From the NCBI GenBank assembly GCA_001695645.1, contig LVZN01000025.1, positions 1 to 24,147 on the forward strand: 24,147 nucleotides of DNA, written 5' to 3'. Source of the DNA: Erysipelotrichaceae bacterium MTC7 (GTDB taxonomy: Bacteria > Bacillota_I > Bacilli_A > Erysipelotrichales > Erysipelotrichaceae). Positions 14,956-23,524 of the stretch are shown in pieces. Within the stretch, counting starts at the first letter, position 1. The number at the start of each line of letters is the position of its first letter. The position numbers were made by a program, and so were the translations under genes. A model generated the notes under the pieces. That model saw only the letters and a list, made by a program, of their open reading frames with translations. It was not told the origin of the DNA and searched no databases.

Positions 14956-16506
14956 ATGGATCAAAAAAGACTAATGTATTGTAATCAATGTGAGGAGACA
15001 GCGTTTCATAAAGCGTGTACGATGCGCGGCGTTTGTGGGAAAGTTCCTGAACTTGCAAATAAGCTTGACTTACTCAAAGAGTATTTAAAGGTATTAAGTG
15101 CCAATCGACTAGCCAATCATAATGCAACAGATGCGGACAAGCACTTCATTATGCATTCTTTGTTTAAGCTAATCACAAATGCGAATTTTAATATTGAGGC
15201 TATCGATCAAGAGATTGCAAAAGCAAAAGAACTAACCGGTGTACATGAAGGCATTACACCTTACTATGAAGCTGACCCAGATTTGTATGCGCTAAAAAAC
15301 TTAGTGATTACCGGATTGATGGGAATGGCTGCCTATCATTCACATGCTTACAATCTAGGTTTTGAAAGTCAAGAAGTGCATACATTTACGATGGAGGCGC
15401 TTGCAAAAGTCAACGATGTTAAAACGGTTGAAGACATGGTGAAACTGATTGATGAAACTGGAGCACACGGAGTTATGGCGATGGAACTTCTTGATAAAGC
15501 CAATACAACAACCTATGGAAATCCAGAAATTAGCGAAGTACAGCTTGGTGTTGGAAAACGACCTGGAATTCTAATCTCTGGACATGATTTTCATGACTTA
15601 AAGCAATTACTCGAACAAAGTAAAGATGCCGGTATTGATATTTATACACATAGTGAAATGTTACCAGCGCATTACTATCCTGAACTAAAAAAATATGAGC
15701 ATTTGATTGCCAACTATGGAAATGCATGGTGGAAACAAGTAGAAGAATTCCAAACGTTTAGTGGACCAATCTTGTTTACAACAAACTGTATTGTTCCACC
15801 ACGGCCTAATGCAAATTATACAGACCGTTTGTATGCGACAGGGGATTGTGATCACCCTGGGTTTAAACGCATTGAAGTACAGGCAGATGGAACAAAGGAC
15901 TTTAGTGACATTATCAATCATGCCAAACAAACCAAACCGCCTAAAGCCATTGAATCTGGAAGCATTACCGGTGGATTTGCCCATCATCAAGTACTTGCGC
16001 TTGCCGATAAAATTATTGAAGAAATCAAAGCTGGAAACATTCGTAAGTTTGTGGTGATGAGTGGATGCGATGGCAGAAAACCAGAACGTGCATATTATAC
16101 GAATTTTGCCAAAGGGTTACCTGAGGATGTTATCATTCTTACATCCGGTTGTGCGAAGTATCGCTACAACAAGTTAAACCTTGGTGATATTAACGGTATA
16201 CCTCGTGTCCTAGATGCAGGACAGTGCAATGATTCTTACTCTTGGGTTGTTGTAGCAAATGCATTAGTAAAAGCATTTGATGTTGCTAGTGTAAATGAAC
16301 TACCCATTGTGTTTAACATTGCTTGGTACGAACAAAAAGCGATTATTGTATTGTTGTCACTGTTACATCTTGGAATTGGTAACATTTGTGCAGGACCAGA
16401 TTTACCTGGATACTTCACCCCAACCGTGGAAACATTCTTGAAAGAACACCATGGTCTAAGAACCATAAAAGATGTGGATGCCGATTTAAAAGAAATGCTA
16501 GCTTAG
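14956..16506 (+). CDS. hcp: Hybrid-cluster protein / hydroxylamine reductase
   Basis: The 516-aa product has the N-terminal Cys cluster CNQCEETAFHKACTMRGVCGK (CxxCx8Cx5C). Hcp-typical segments are GILISGHD, YGNAWWKQ, FTTNCI, SGCDG and LDAGQCNDSY. The SD GGAAAGGAG lies 9 nt upstream. Confidence 0.9.
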   Translation: MDQKRLMYCNQCEETAFHKACTMRGVCGKVPELANKLDLLKEYLKVLSANRLANHNATDADKHFIMHSLFKLITNANFNIEAIDQEIAKAKELTGVHEGITPYYEADPDLYALKNLVITGLMGMAAYHSHAYNLGFESQEVHTFTMEALAKVNDVKTVEDMVKLIDETGAHGVMAMELLDKANTTTYGNPEISEVQLGVGKRPGILISGHDFHDLKQLLEQSKDAGIDIYTHSEMLPAHYYPELKKYEHLIANYGNAWWKQVEEFQTFSGPILFTTNCIVPPRPNANYTDRLYATGDCDHPGFKRIEVQADGTKDFSDIINHAKQTKPPKAIESGSITGGFAHHQVLALADKIIEEIKAGNIRKFVVMSGCDGRKPERAYYTNFAKGLPEDVIILTSGCAKYRYNKLNLGDINGIPRVLDAGQCNDSYSWVVVANALVKAFDVASVNELPIVFNIAWYEQKAIIVLLSLLHLGIGNICAGPDLPGYFTPTVETFLKEHHGLRTIKDVDADLKEMLA

Positions 16507-16520
16507 TCAAATCGAACATA

Positions 16521-16551
16521 AAAGCCAGTTACGCAATTTGTAACTGGCTTT
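16521..16551. terminator. Bidirectional terminator between the convergent hcp and acyltransferase genes
   Basis: Perfect 12-bp stem AAAGCCAGTTAC / GTAACTGGCTTT with a 7-nt loop. It is flanked by A-runs and T-runs on both sides. Confidence 0.8.
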
Positions 16552-16553
16552 AT

Positions 16554-17567
16554 CTATGATGTGATTTTGCTAACGAGTTGATTGAATTTTGTAATACGAG
16601 CCAGCCCATAGGATATAAGAAAGGTGAGCAGGCAAAGGATGATGTAGAAAATTAATGTGTTTTGCATAAATGAAAAGCGCAATACTTTTTGCATCCCGAT
16701 GATGATCATTGGATGCAAGATGTACATGTACAAACTGATGTTACGCAGTTGTACATTTCTTGGTTTGGTTTTTGCAATCAAAAATCTAAACAAGCAATAG
16801 CTAAACGGTAATAAGGATAGGTACATCGTATTGTTGATATCAGAGCGAATCCATTGCAATTTGTATACCAATAAACCTTCCGTTACGAAAGTGACAAAAC
16901 AAATAAGGATATCAAAGTAACTGGCTTTTATTTTATGTTGGCGACTTTGTTTAGCTAATAGTGCGCCAAGCACAAAAAATACAGGTGCCATAAATAAACC
17001 ATTACGTGTGGTATCAAAGACTTGAAAGATTATGTCATAGAAACCAGCAAGCACAGGAATATTTTTTATAAGACCGTAATAAGAATCACCAAACATTCCA
17101 ATGAGATATAACAAGGTTGTAAAAAACAGTGAAGATTTAATGTTAAATGTTTTTAGAAATAACCAAGCAATCCAGGCACCCACTGCGGATCCCACAAAAA
17201 ACCAAAGGTGATAGAACGTACCATTGAATAAAAACTGTTGCAAGAGCGTTTTGATGTTTGTCCAGTTTGCATAGCTACCACCAATAAAGTTGAATGGTAA
17301 ATAGATAATGATACATAGGATGTAGTACTTGATGTTGGTTTTCATAAATTGATGAACGCGACTACTTGTTTGACTGTCGATGTGTTTAAACAAGAAGAAC
17401 GCCGAACTGATAAAGAAAAAAGGTACTGCAATTCTGGCAATAATTCTGGTATATGCATAATCCAGTGTTGGATCAAGAGATTGAAAAACTGGATAATGCG
17501 CAGCGATAACAAGTAAAGCTGCAACGATTCGAAAGTAGTCAATTCTTCCATATTCTGTGTGTTTCAT
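16554..17567 (-). CDS. Membrane acyltransferase, Acyl_transf_3 family
   Basis: The 337-aa product is polytopic (about 10 hydrophobic helices). The N-terminal RIDYFRIVAALLVIAAH is the family-typical opening with the catalytic His. The SD GAGGGGG precedes the start. Confidence 0.8.
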   Translation of the reverse strand: MKHTEYGRIDYFRIVAALLVIAAHYPVFQSLDPTLDYAYTRIIARIAVPFFFISSAFFLFKHIDSQTSSRVHQFMKTNIKYYILCIIIYLPFNFIGGSYANWTNIKTLLQQFLFNGTFYHLWFFVGSAVGAWIAWLFLKTFNIKSSLFFTTLLYLIGMFGDSYYGLIKNIPVLAGFYDIIFQVFDTTRNGLFMAPVFFVLGALLAKQSRQHKIKASYFDILICFVTFVTEGLLVYKLQWIRSDINNTMYLSLLPFSYCLFRFLIAKTKPRNVQLRNISLYMYILHPMIIIGMQKVLRFSFMQNTLIFYIILCLLTFLISYGLARITKFNQLVSKITS

Positions 17568-17580
17568 GTAACCCCCTCAT

Positions 17581-17633
17581 AAAAAAGCTATAACCATCTT
17601 ATCACAACTGATAGGATCGTGTTATAGCTTTTT
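17581..17633 (-). terminator. Long-stem hairpin/terminator between the 117-aa gene and the acyltransferase gene
   Basis: Perfect 13-bp arms AAAAAGCTATAAC / GTTATAGCTTTTT enclose an inner TATCA/TGATA sub-stem. On the minus strand the hairpin is followed by T6, then the SD and ATG of the acyltransferase. It overlaps the stop codon of the 117-aa gene. Confidence 0.55.
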
Positions 17634-17985
17634 AGTTATGTCGATATCTGGTTAAGGTCATAGTCAATTGATTTGAAGTGTACTGTACTTGTGCTTCATC
17701 AATTAATGAATTGAGTAAATCAAATTCAAATTCATTACTTAGATCACTGGTGCCAGCAAGATTCCAAAACATTTCCTCTACGGCTTCTAAGCGATTGCCA
17801 AATAATTTGTGATCCAAATCATCCACCATGGATTGGTACATTTGTTTGTAGTCGCATTGTAGCTGAATGATGTGTGCATCCTTTTCCTCTTTAATATGGA
17901 TGTGAATATCGTTAGCACCAATGGCATATGCGTATGTGGTAAGTTCTTCGGAAATCTTACTTATGATGCGTTTGGTGTGTCTCAT
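17632..17985 (-). CDS. Hypothetical cytoplasmic protein (117 aa)
   Basis: The ORF is clean and its ATG overlaps the stop of the upstream gene (ATGA at 17982-17985). The product is acidic and has no motif I recognise. Confidence 0.6.
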   Translation of the reverse strand: MRHTKRIISKISEELTTYAYAIGANDIHIHIKEEKDAHIIQLQCDYKQMYQSMVDDLDHKLFGNRLEAVEEMFWNLAGTSDLSNEFEFDLLNSLIDEAQVQYTSNQLTMTLTRYRHN

Positions 17986-18887
17986 GAAACCACTTTGTAT
18001 GCAGGATCAATGTCGCACAATTCTTTAAACGTATCGATTTCAATGATATCACCTTCGTGGACCGGCTTGATATGCACTTTGTAGTGGTCAAGGCATTCAC
18101 GCAAGGCAACCTCATCCCAGTATTTTTCTTTTCCCCCTGGGCTTTGGTAAACACTTTGAATATCATTTGCCAGTTGTTTTCCATCGCTTTCACTCCAGTA
18201 GGAAATACCATACATGTGGTGACAGTTTTTACCACCAACTGCTAACTCGGTGATGATTCCTTTTTTTGAGTAGAAACACCAGTCATCAGTAACATCGACT
18301 TTTTTACCAAGATAGTTACTGTCATACTCGTAAGCACGAATGATGTCTGGGTTGTATAGGACTAAGTCCGATTCAAGTACATATGCATTTTGCATGATAT
18401 CTTTCGCAAGAAATGCACTTGAGATATTGTTTGCTTCATTATAGAAATCATTGTCGATAAATGTAATCATTGGATATTTTGTAAGTAAGGTATCAAATTG
18501 TTCCTTCAAGTATCCACGAACAATGGTAATATCTTCAATACCCGCTGCAAGTACTGCATCAAGTAAGGTATCGATGATGCGTTCTCCTTTTACTTTGATT
18601 AATGGTTTTGGCGTATTTAAGGTTACGGGAACCATTCGGCTTCCAAATCCTGCAGCCATAAAGATGGCACGCTTTACTTTGTAAGGTGCAAGTGCTTCAT
18701 ATCCTTTTGCTGTGATTTCGTATTTTGATTTGCCTAATACTTCAAGATAACCAAGTTCATGGAGTTCTTGAATGGCTTTATTGACAACGCCAAGCGATAC
18801 ATCGAGTTGCTTCGCAATGTCACGTTGTGCATATTTTTCTTTCTTTTGGGTGAAAGTAACAAGTACTTCAAATTGTTGATGTGTCAT
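17982..18887 (-). CDS. Winged-HTH fused to a LicC-like nucleotidyltransferase (phosphocholine cytidylyltransferase family)
   Basis: The N-terminal ~60 aa (YAQRDIAKQLDVSLGVVNKAIQELHELGYLEV) read as a MarR/wHTH domain. Next comes AIFMAAGFGSRMVPVTLNTPKPLIKVKGERIIDTLLD, the NTP-transferase G-x-G-x-R loop plus the P-K-x-L motif seen in LicC and sugar-phosphate nucleotidyltransferases. The SD AGGAG precedes the start, and there are ATGA overlaps at both ends of the gene. Confidence 0.75.
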   Translation of the reverse strand: MTHQQFEVLVTFTQKKEKYAQRDIAKQLDVSLGVVNKAIQELHELGYLEVLGKSKYEITAKGYEALAPYKVKRAIFMAAGFGSRMVPVTLNTPKPLIKVKGERIIDTLLDAVLAAGIEDITIVRGYLKEQFDTLLTKYPMITFIDNDFYNEANNISSAFLAKDIMQNAYVLESDLVLYNPDIIRAYEYDSNYLGKKVDVTDDWCFYSKKGIITELAVGGKNCHHMYGISYWSESDGKQLANDIQSVYQSPGGKEKYWDEVALRECLDHYKVHIKPVHEGDIIEIDTFKELCDIDPAYKVVS

Positions 18888-20218
18888 GTTGATCTCCTAA
18901 TTTCTTCCTTTAGTGTATCATCTTCTTTGGTTTTTGAGAACAGTGCTTGTTGCTGCCTGCGCCTTTGTTTGGCAAAGACCTCAATGATGGGTAAAACAAA
19001 CAAGGCAACCAGTCCTGCTGAGAACCCATTGTTGTACAAATTGATGCCACCATGATAGGCACCGATACTTTGTACCAAGCCAAGATGAATCATACCGGTA
19101 ACTAGTCCAGCAATCAGACCAAACTGTCCTGCAATCGGAGCAAGTCCTGTTGCAAATAAAGCAGCTAATAAGATGGTCGGATCTGCCAAATTTGAACTGC
19201 TTAGGGCACCTGCGATAAGAACACCAAGTACTAAAGGAAAAGTATTGCGAATGTGTTTTCCAAAACCAGCAAATCCGACGATGGTTAAAATCCCGCCAAT
19301 GGTTGGTCCATTGATACTCCCTTTAACAAGAAGTACATAACTCGTGTAAACAAGACCGAGTATGCCCATATTAAATAGCACAGTTGCACAACCATCACTA
19401 CGTACAAAATCACTAACCAAACGACCCGAGCGTTTTAGTAACGTTCGATACTGTTGGAATACGTTATGGTCTAACAACCAGGCAATTACGATAAAGGATA
19501 TCCATAAGCCATATAGAAATGTAGCAACACCGAGATGCAAGGAGGAGTACCAGTGCAAAACTGGAGCACTTTCATAACCCACCTGACAAAGGATGGCATA
19601 TATAATCGTTCCAGCTAAGCCGGCACCAAAACCAACGTTATACAAATTGTAACCTTGATGGACGGCTAGGCATGCATTGGATACCGGAGCTAAAAAGAAA
19701 CCAACCAGTATGGTAAAGATACATGCAACAAGCAAAGCAACCATTGTGTTGTCATGCCATAAAGCCAGTTCACTGGTTAAAGGTGCTAGACTTGTACCAA
19801 AAAAAGCGATGTAAATGTATTGGCGGAACGGATGCTTTTGAAATCTTGCATAAAGATATACGCCAAGGACAATTCCCCAAATGTTGACAATATTTTTACC
19901 AAACATACCAAAGCCACCCATAAGAAATACCGCAGCAATGGCCATACCACTTAGTTTTGCTTTTGCTAAATGAAGCATCCCCACGGATACCAACATGAGT
20001 AAACCAGCATTCACAAAGGTTGCCCCAAAGCCAGCAAGTTCTACATAATCGGTGATGAGCTTATCGCCTTTCGTGATGATGGCTACTAAGCCAGAAAGAA
20101 TGGTGCTTGGACTGTCCAATAAAAAAGCACTACCTAGAAAGATAAGTGCAAAAAAAATAAGAAATGTTTTAATTTGATGGTCTTGTGTCTGTTGAAGTTT
20201 CGAAATATTATCTTGCAT
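18884..20218 (-). CDS. Polytopic membrane protein with an internal two-fold duplication (possibly DUF1576 family)
   Basis: The 444-aa product has about 12 hydrophobic helices. The N and C halves align: LITDYVELAGFGATFVNAGLLMLV vs LVSDFVRSDGCATVLFNMGILGLV; GGFGMFGKNIVN vs GFAGFGKHIRN; YNVGFGAGLAG vs YNNGFSAGLVA. The family name is from memory, and no transporter family was recognised. Confidence 0.65.
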   Translation of the reverse strand: MQDNISKLQQTQDHQIKTFLIFFALIFLGSAFLLDSPSTILSGLVAIITKGDKLITDYVELAGFGATFVNAGLLMLVSVGMLHLAKAKLSGMAIAAVFLMGGFGMFGKNIVNIWGIVLGVYLYARFQKHPFRQYIYIAFFGTSLAPLTSELALWHDNTMVALLVACIFTILVGFFLAPVSNACLAVHQGYNLYNVGFGAGLAGTIIYAILCQVGYESAPVLHWYSSLHLGVATFLYGLWISFIVIAWLLDHNVFQQYRTLLKRSGRLVSDFVRSDGCATVLFNMGILGLVYTSYVLLVKGSINGPTIGGILTIVGFAGFGKHIRNTFPLVLGVLIAGALSSSNLADPTILLAALFATGLAPIAGQFGLIAGLVTGMIHLGLVQSIGAYHGGINLYNNGFSAGLVALFVLPIIEVFAKQRRRQQQALFSKTKEDDTLKEEIRRST

Positions 20219-20283
20219 AAGGCCCTCTTTTTTTCATATAGTATTAGTATACAGGAATTAAAAAGATGCGAAAAGTACAAGTA

Positions 20284-20370
20284 TCATTTTTTTATGAACA
20301 CTTATTGTAATTTCTGTCCAATACGACAATGAGAACATTTTCATTTATGAAACAATTTTCATTATGCAAA
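20284..20370. promoter_or_regulatory. Three TCAT-N-ATGA-type motifs in a divergent intergenic region (candidate operators)
   Basis: The three copies are TCATTTTTTTATGAA (20284-20298), TTTTCATTTATGAAA (20338-20352) and TTTTCATTATGCAAA (20356-20370). The second contains the inverted repeat TTTCAT-TT-ATGAAA, and the second and third lie 18 nt apart. Confidence 0.35.
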
Positions 20371-20452
20371 AGAAACTTTTTTCAAAAATGCTTTTTTTTA
20401 AGTTAGTTTTGGTGTACAATGTTCTTAATGTTTATGGAGTGGAGGTAATTTA

Positions 20453-22147
20453 ATGAAAGAAAAACTATATTTACATGACAATGTGGCAATCATTAATTTT
20501 GATTTAGCATACCCTACAACTATGTCGGAACTACTTGGTTCAAGATCGTTAGGATTGTTTGCGAAAAAATATTTTAAACACTTAGAAAAACGTGATCCTG
20601 ATATGTATGCATGGTTAACCAATGGGTTTACGATGGATCAGGCAACACGCGCTTTATCACGTGTATTCCGTCAGTTGATCGTTATGAACCCTGATGAGAT
20701 TGATGATTACTACTTGACTGATAAGAAAAAATTATTGGAGTTTGTTGAAGGACTTTACAACTACTGGAAAAGTCACCAACGTTTCTCTTACACAAGACAA
20801 CGTTATACAGGAAGAAACTCTTCTAGTTTCGTACTTTCGGATTCTAATTTTAATACGTTACTTCGTAGTACATACCGTTTCCTTGAACAAAAACTACAAG
20901 GAAGAAAAAGTGGGGTATACCGCCAGTTACAAGCAGGGACAAACTCTGCCATGTCTACATACCGTCCACGCAAACTAACATTCCCAGAAACATACAAAGC
21001 ATACGCGGACATTCCAATGATTGAAGCTGTTATGTTGCGTACACCAATGATCTTAACAACAAGATCAAACAAACGTACAGGTATGTTTGAAGAAACAAAT
21101 GCAAACCCAGTAGAATACTTTACTGGAGATAAAAGTACTTGGTTCTGTTACCCAGCCAAAGTTGGTGCTTTATTAGTACATATCTATTTCCACCGTGACT
21201 TTACATGTAGTGGAGTATCACTAGCAAACTTGTTTGAGCTTGCTTCACCAGAAGAAGCGCAACAAAAACCAGATGCAATTGTACAATTTGCAAATGAAGA
21301 TGGTAAGGCTGAAACAACATTCTACTATGATGCAGAAAACGAACTATACGTTGGTAACGTATCGTACATGCAACAAGCAGAATACTTTGGATACATGAAG
21401 AAAATGGTATTAACATTACATAACTTAGTTATGATGAGACGTGGATGGTTACCAATTCACGGTGCCTTTGTGAATATCACACTATACGATGGTAAACGTA
21501 AAGGTATTATGTTAATGGGTGACTCAGGTGCTGGTAAATCTGAATCCATTGAAGCATTAAAAGCGTTAGGTAACGATGTGATTAAAGACATTGAAGTTGT
21601 CTTTGATGATATGGGAACCATTCATATTGAAGATGGTGTGCCTTACGGACAAGGAACAGAGATTGGAGCATTCATTCGTTTGGATGACTTGGATCCAGGA
21701 ACACCTTACCGTGATATGGACCGTTCAGTCTTTATTAACCCTGATGTGTTAAATGCACGTGTTATTACACCTGCTGCACCATATAGCGTGATTGCACGTA
21801 ACCACAAGATTGATTTATTCTGTTATGCAAATAACTACGATACAGATCTTGGTATGCGCAACATTGAAGATATGAATGAAGCAAAACCAATCTTCGTGGA
21901 AGGTAAACGTATGGCAAAAGGTACAACACAAGAGGTTGGACTTTCAACAACATACTTTGCAAACCCATTTGGACCAATGCAAAAACAAGAAGTTTGTGAC
22001 CCTATCATTGACGAAGTCTTTGATACATTAAAAGCAAACAACATCTACGTTGGAGAAATCTTCACACACTTAGGTCTTGACCGTGGTGATCGTGATGGAA
22101 TTAACGTAGCTGCACAAGAATTACTAAAATTTATCCAAGAAGGATAA
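20453..22147 (+). CDS. Uncharacterised P-loop protein of the PEPCK/HPr-kinase fold class (564 aa)
   Basis: LPIHGAFVNITLYDGKRKGIMLMGDSGAGKSESIEAL resembles the HprK P-loop (GxSGxGKSE) and the PEPCK kinase-1a context. RYTGRNSSSFVLSD echoes PEPCK (F)TGRSPKDK(Y/F)IV. VVFDDMGTIHIEDG sits where PEPCK has LIGDDEHGW, but the His is missing. The SD GGAGGT lies 6 nt upstream. Confidence 0.6.
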   Translation: MKEKLYLHDNVAIINFDLAYPTTMSELLGSRSLGLFAKKYFKHLEKRDPDMYAWLTNGFTMDQATRALSRVFRQLIVMNPDEIDDYYLTDKKKLLEFVEGLYNYWKSHQRFSYTRQRYTGRNSSSFVLSDSNFNTLLRSTYRFLEQKLQGRKSGVYRQLQAGTNSAMSTYRPRKLTFPETYKAYADIPMIEAVMLRTPMILTTRSNKRTGMFEETNANPVEYFTGDKSTWFCYPAKVGALLVHIYFHRDFTCSGVSLANLFELASPEEAQQKPDAIVQFANEDGKAETTFYYDAENELYVGNVSYMQQAEYFGYMKKMVLTLHNLVMMRRGWLPIHGAFVNITLYDGKRKGIMLMGDSGAGKSESIEALKALGNDVIKDIEVVFDDMGTIHIEDGVPYGQGTEIGAFIRLDDLDPGTPYRDMDRSVFINPDVLNARVITPAAPYSVIARNHKIDLFCYANNYDTDLGMRNIEDMNEAKPIFVEGKRMAKGTTQEVGLSTTYFANPFGPMQKQEVCDPIIDEVFDTLKANNIYVGEIFTHLGLDRGDRDGINVAAQELLKFIQEG

Positions 22148-22156
22148 AAGCAAGAA

Positions 22157-22189
22157 GGCATTTCACATATTGTGGAGTGTCTTTTTTTT
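22157..22189 (+). terminator. Rho-independent terminator after the 564-aa gene
   Basis: Stem GGCATTTCAC / GTGGAGTGTC (three G-U pairs) with loop ATATT, followed by T8. Confidence 0.65.
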
Positions 22190-22243
22190 GCCTGTTTTCA
22201 TCATAAAGTTCTCTAAAAAATGCCAAAAAACATGAGAATTACA

Positions 22244-22292
22244 ATAATATAGCATATAACTGTCACAAATTGTCAATTATATGCTATATTAT
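22244..22292. promoter_or_regulatory. Perfect 16-bp inverted repeat overlapping an extended -10 upstream of the ATPase gene
   Basis: The arms are ATAATATAGCATATAA (22244-22259) and TTATATGCTATATTAT (22277-22292), separated by a 17-nt spacer, CTGTCACAAATTGTCAA, that carries a TGTCA direct repeat. The right arm contains TGCTATATT (TGn plus a -10-like hexamer). The SD GAGGGGG and the ATG at 22313 follow. Confidence 0.5.
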
Positions 22293-22312
22293 ACGAAAGA
22301 GGGGGTACACGT

Positions 22313-23524
22313 ATGATTTATTTTACTGTTAAGATTCATGGTCTTTTTTCGTTTAGGAACTTTACAGCAGATTTCACTTACGCAAGAAAGGCCAAAAATG
22401 ATGAGTTACATCAAAGCCTAAAAAACTATCCAAATGTACGTTATCGAAAACTAAATATCGTGATGGGTGCGAACTCGAGTGGTAAATCAACGTTAGGGAA
22501 ACTGTTATGTATGATATCCAACTATGTTTCAGGAAGAGATATCCAATCAGTCATTAATATTGATTTGGCTAAAATGTGCCAAGAAAACCAACCATACTTT
22601 GATGATATATACTTTGAAACCATCTATTATCACAAGGATTATATGTATCAACTTCATGTTTCCTTTGATGGTGAGGGGGTTGTAAGTGAAACTTGGAAAC
22701 GAATTAAACTCGCAAAAAAAGATACATACAATGATGCAGTTGCAAAGCTCAGTAAGGTTGGGAAGGAAAATATCGAGACATACAGTCGTAGTGAGAGTGG
22801 TATAACGTTTGGTTTCAAAAGTCCCGAACTTTCAAAATCTGTGTCAAAGTACAATTTGCTAGGACAAGTATCGTACTTATATAGTTTTCAACAGTTTGAG
22901 GTCAATCGTAGAGTTGAGAGTTCCATTCCAGAGTCAAAAACATTGCGTGATCGTTTGCTCAAAGTTTTTGATCCATCTATCGCCTCAATTGATCCAATCA
23001 CATCCATTGTTGTAGATGAAGATGGGATTGAAGAAGTTGTAGATTTGAATATGGAGCGAATCCGTTTTGTGAACGGGCGAAAACAGGATGTTGATTTTGG
23101 TAAGGAATTGACAAGTGAAAATACGACACTTTCCACAGGAACGATTGAAGCCATCCATTTAGCACATGTATTGCATAAGATTGACCGATATAGTGTTGTC
23201 TATTTGGATGAAACCATGGTGCACTCGCATCATGAATTAGAACCTTACATTTTGCAGTACATTATGAAGGTGCTTGAAAAAAATGAAATGCAGTTATTTT
23301 TTACCACACATAGCACAGAGGCACTTGAACTAGACATACCAAATTACAACGTGATGTTTATGCGTAAATCTAATAGTGGATATACGGAAGAAATAATCAA
23401 ACCAGTTGATTCAATGAAACACAACAAGCGAAGCTTAGTCAATGCTTTTGTGAATGATCAATTTTCGACATCACCTGATATTACCGAGTTATTAGACTTG
23501 ATTATGGAGTTTGATGATGACTAA
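22313..23524 (+). CDS. ABC-type ATPase of the AAA_21 class (AbiLi/RloA/AriA-like)
   Basis: The 403-aa product has an N-terminal beta-hairpin opening (IHGLFSFRNFTADF) and Walker A GANSSGKST (Lys58). It also has a signature-like LSTGT, Walker B VVYLDE and an H-loop in FFTTHS. A long insert between Walker A and the signature motif is typical of SMC/OLD-like ATPases. Confidence 0.8.
   Translation: MIYFTVKIHGLFSFRNFTADFTYARKAKNDELHQSLKNYPNVRYRKLNIVMGANSSGKSTLGKLLCMISNYVSGRDIQSVINIDLAKMCQENQPYFDDIYFETIYYHKDYMYQLHVSFDGEGVVSETWKRIKLAKKDTYNDAVAKLSKVGKENIETYSRSESGITFGFKSPELSKSVSKYNLLGQVSYLYSFQQFEVNRRVESSIPESKTLRDRLLKVFDPSIASIDPITSIVVDEDGIEEVVDLNMERIRFVNGRKQDVDFGKELTSENTTLSTGTIEAIHLAHVLHKIDRYSVVYLDETMVHSHHELEPYILQYIMKVLEKNEMQLFFTTHSTEALELDIPNYNVMFMRKSNSGYTEEIIKPVDSMKHNKRSLVNAFVNDQFSTSPDITELLDLIMEFDDD

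Noticed and set aside
11180-16466. Nested or antisense ORFs within the 1223-aa gene (11180-11377, 13094-13300, 13399-13596, 13880-14161) and within hcp (15530-15727, 15685-15990, 15761-16057, 16236-16466).
   Set aside because: They lie inside confidently assigned CDSs, have no start signals and have Cys/Phe/Ile-rich shadow-frame composition.
17342-19577. Alternative-frame ORFs across the minus-strand operon (17342-17551, 17872-18084, 17957-18238, 18057-18245, 18451-18684, 18759-19055, 19362-19577).
   Set aside because: Each overlaps a longer ORF that has recognisable motifs and ATGA coupling. None has an SD.
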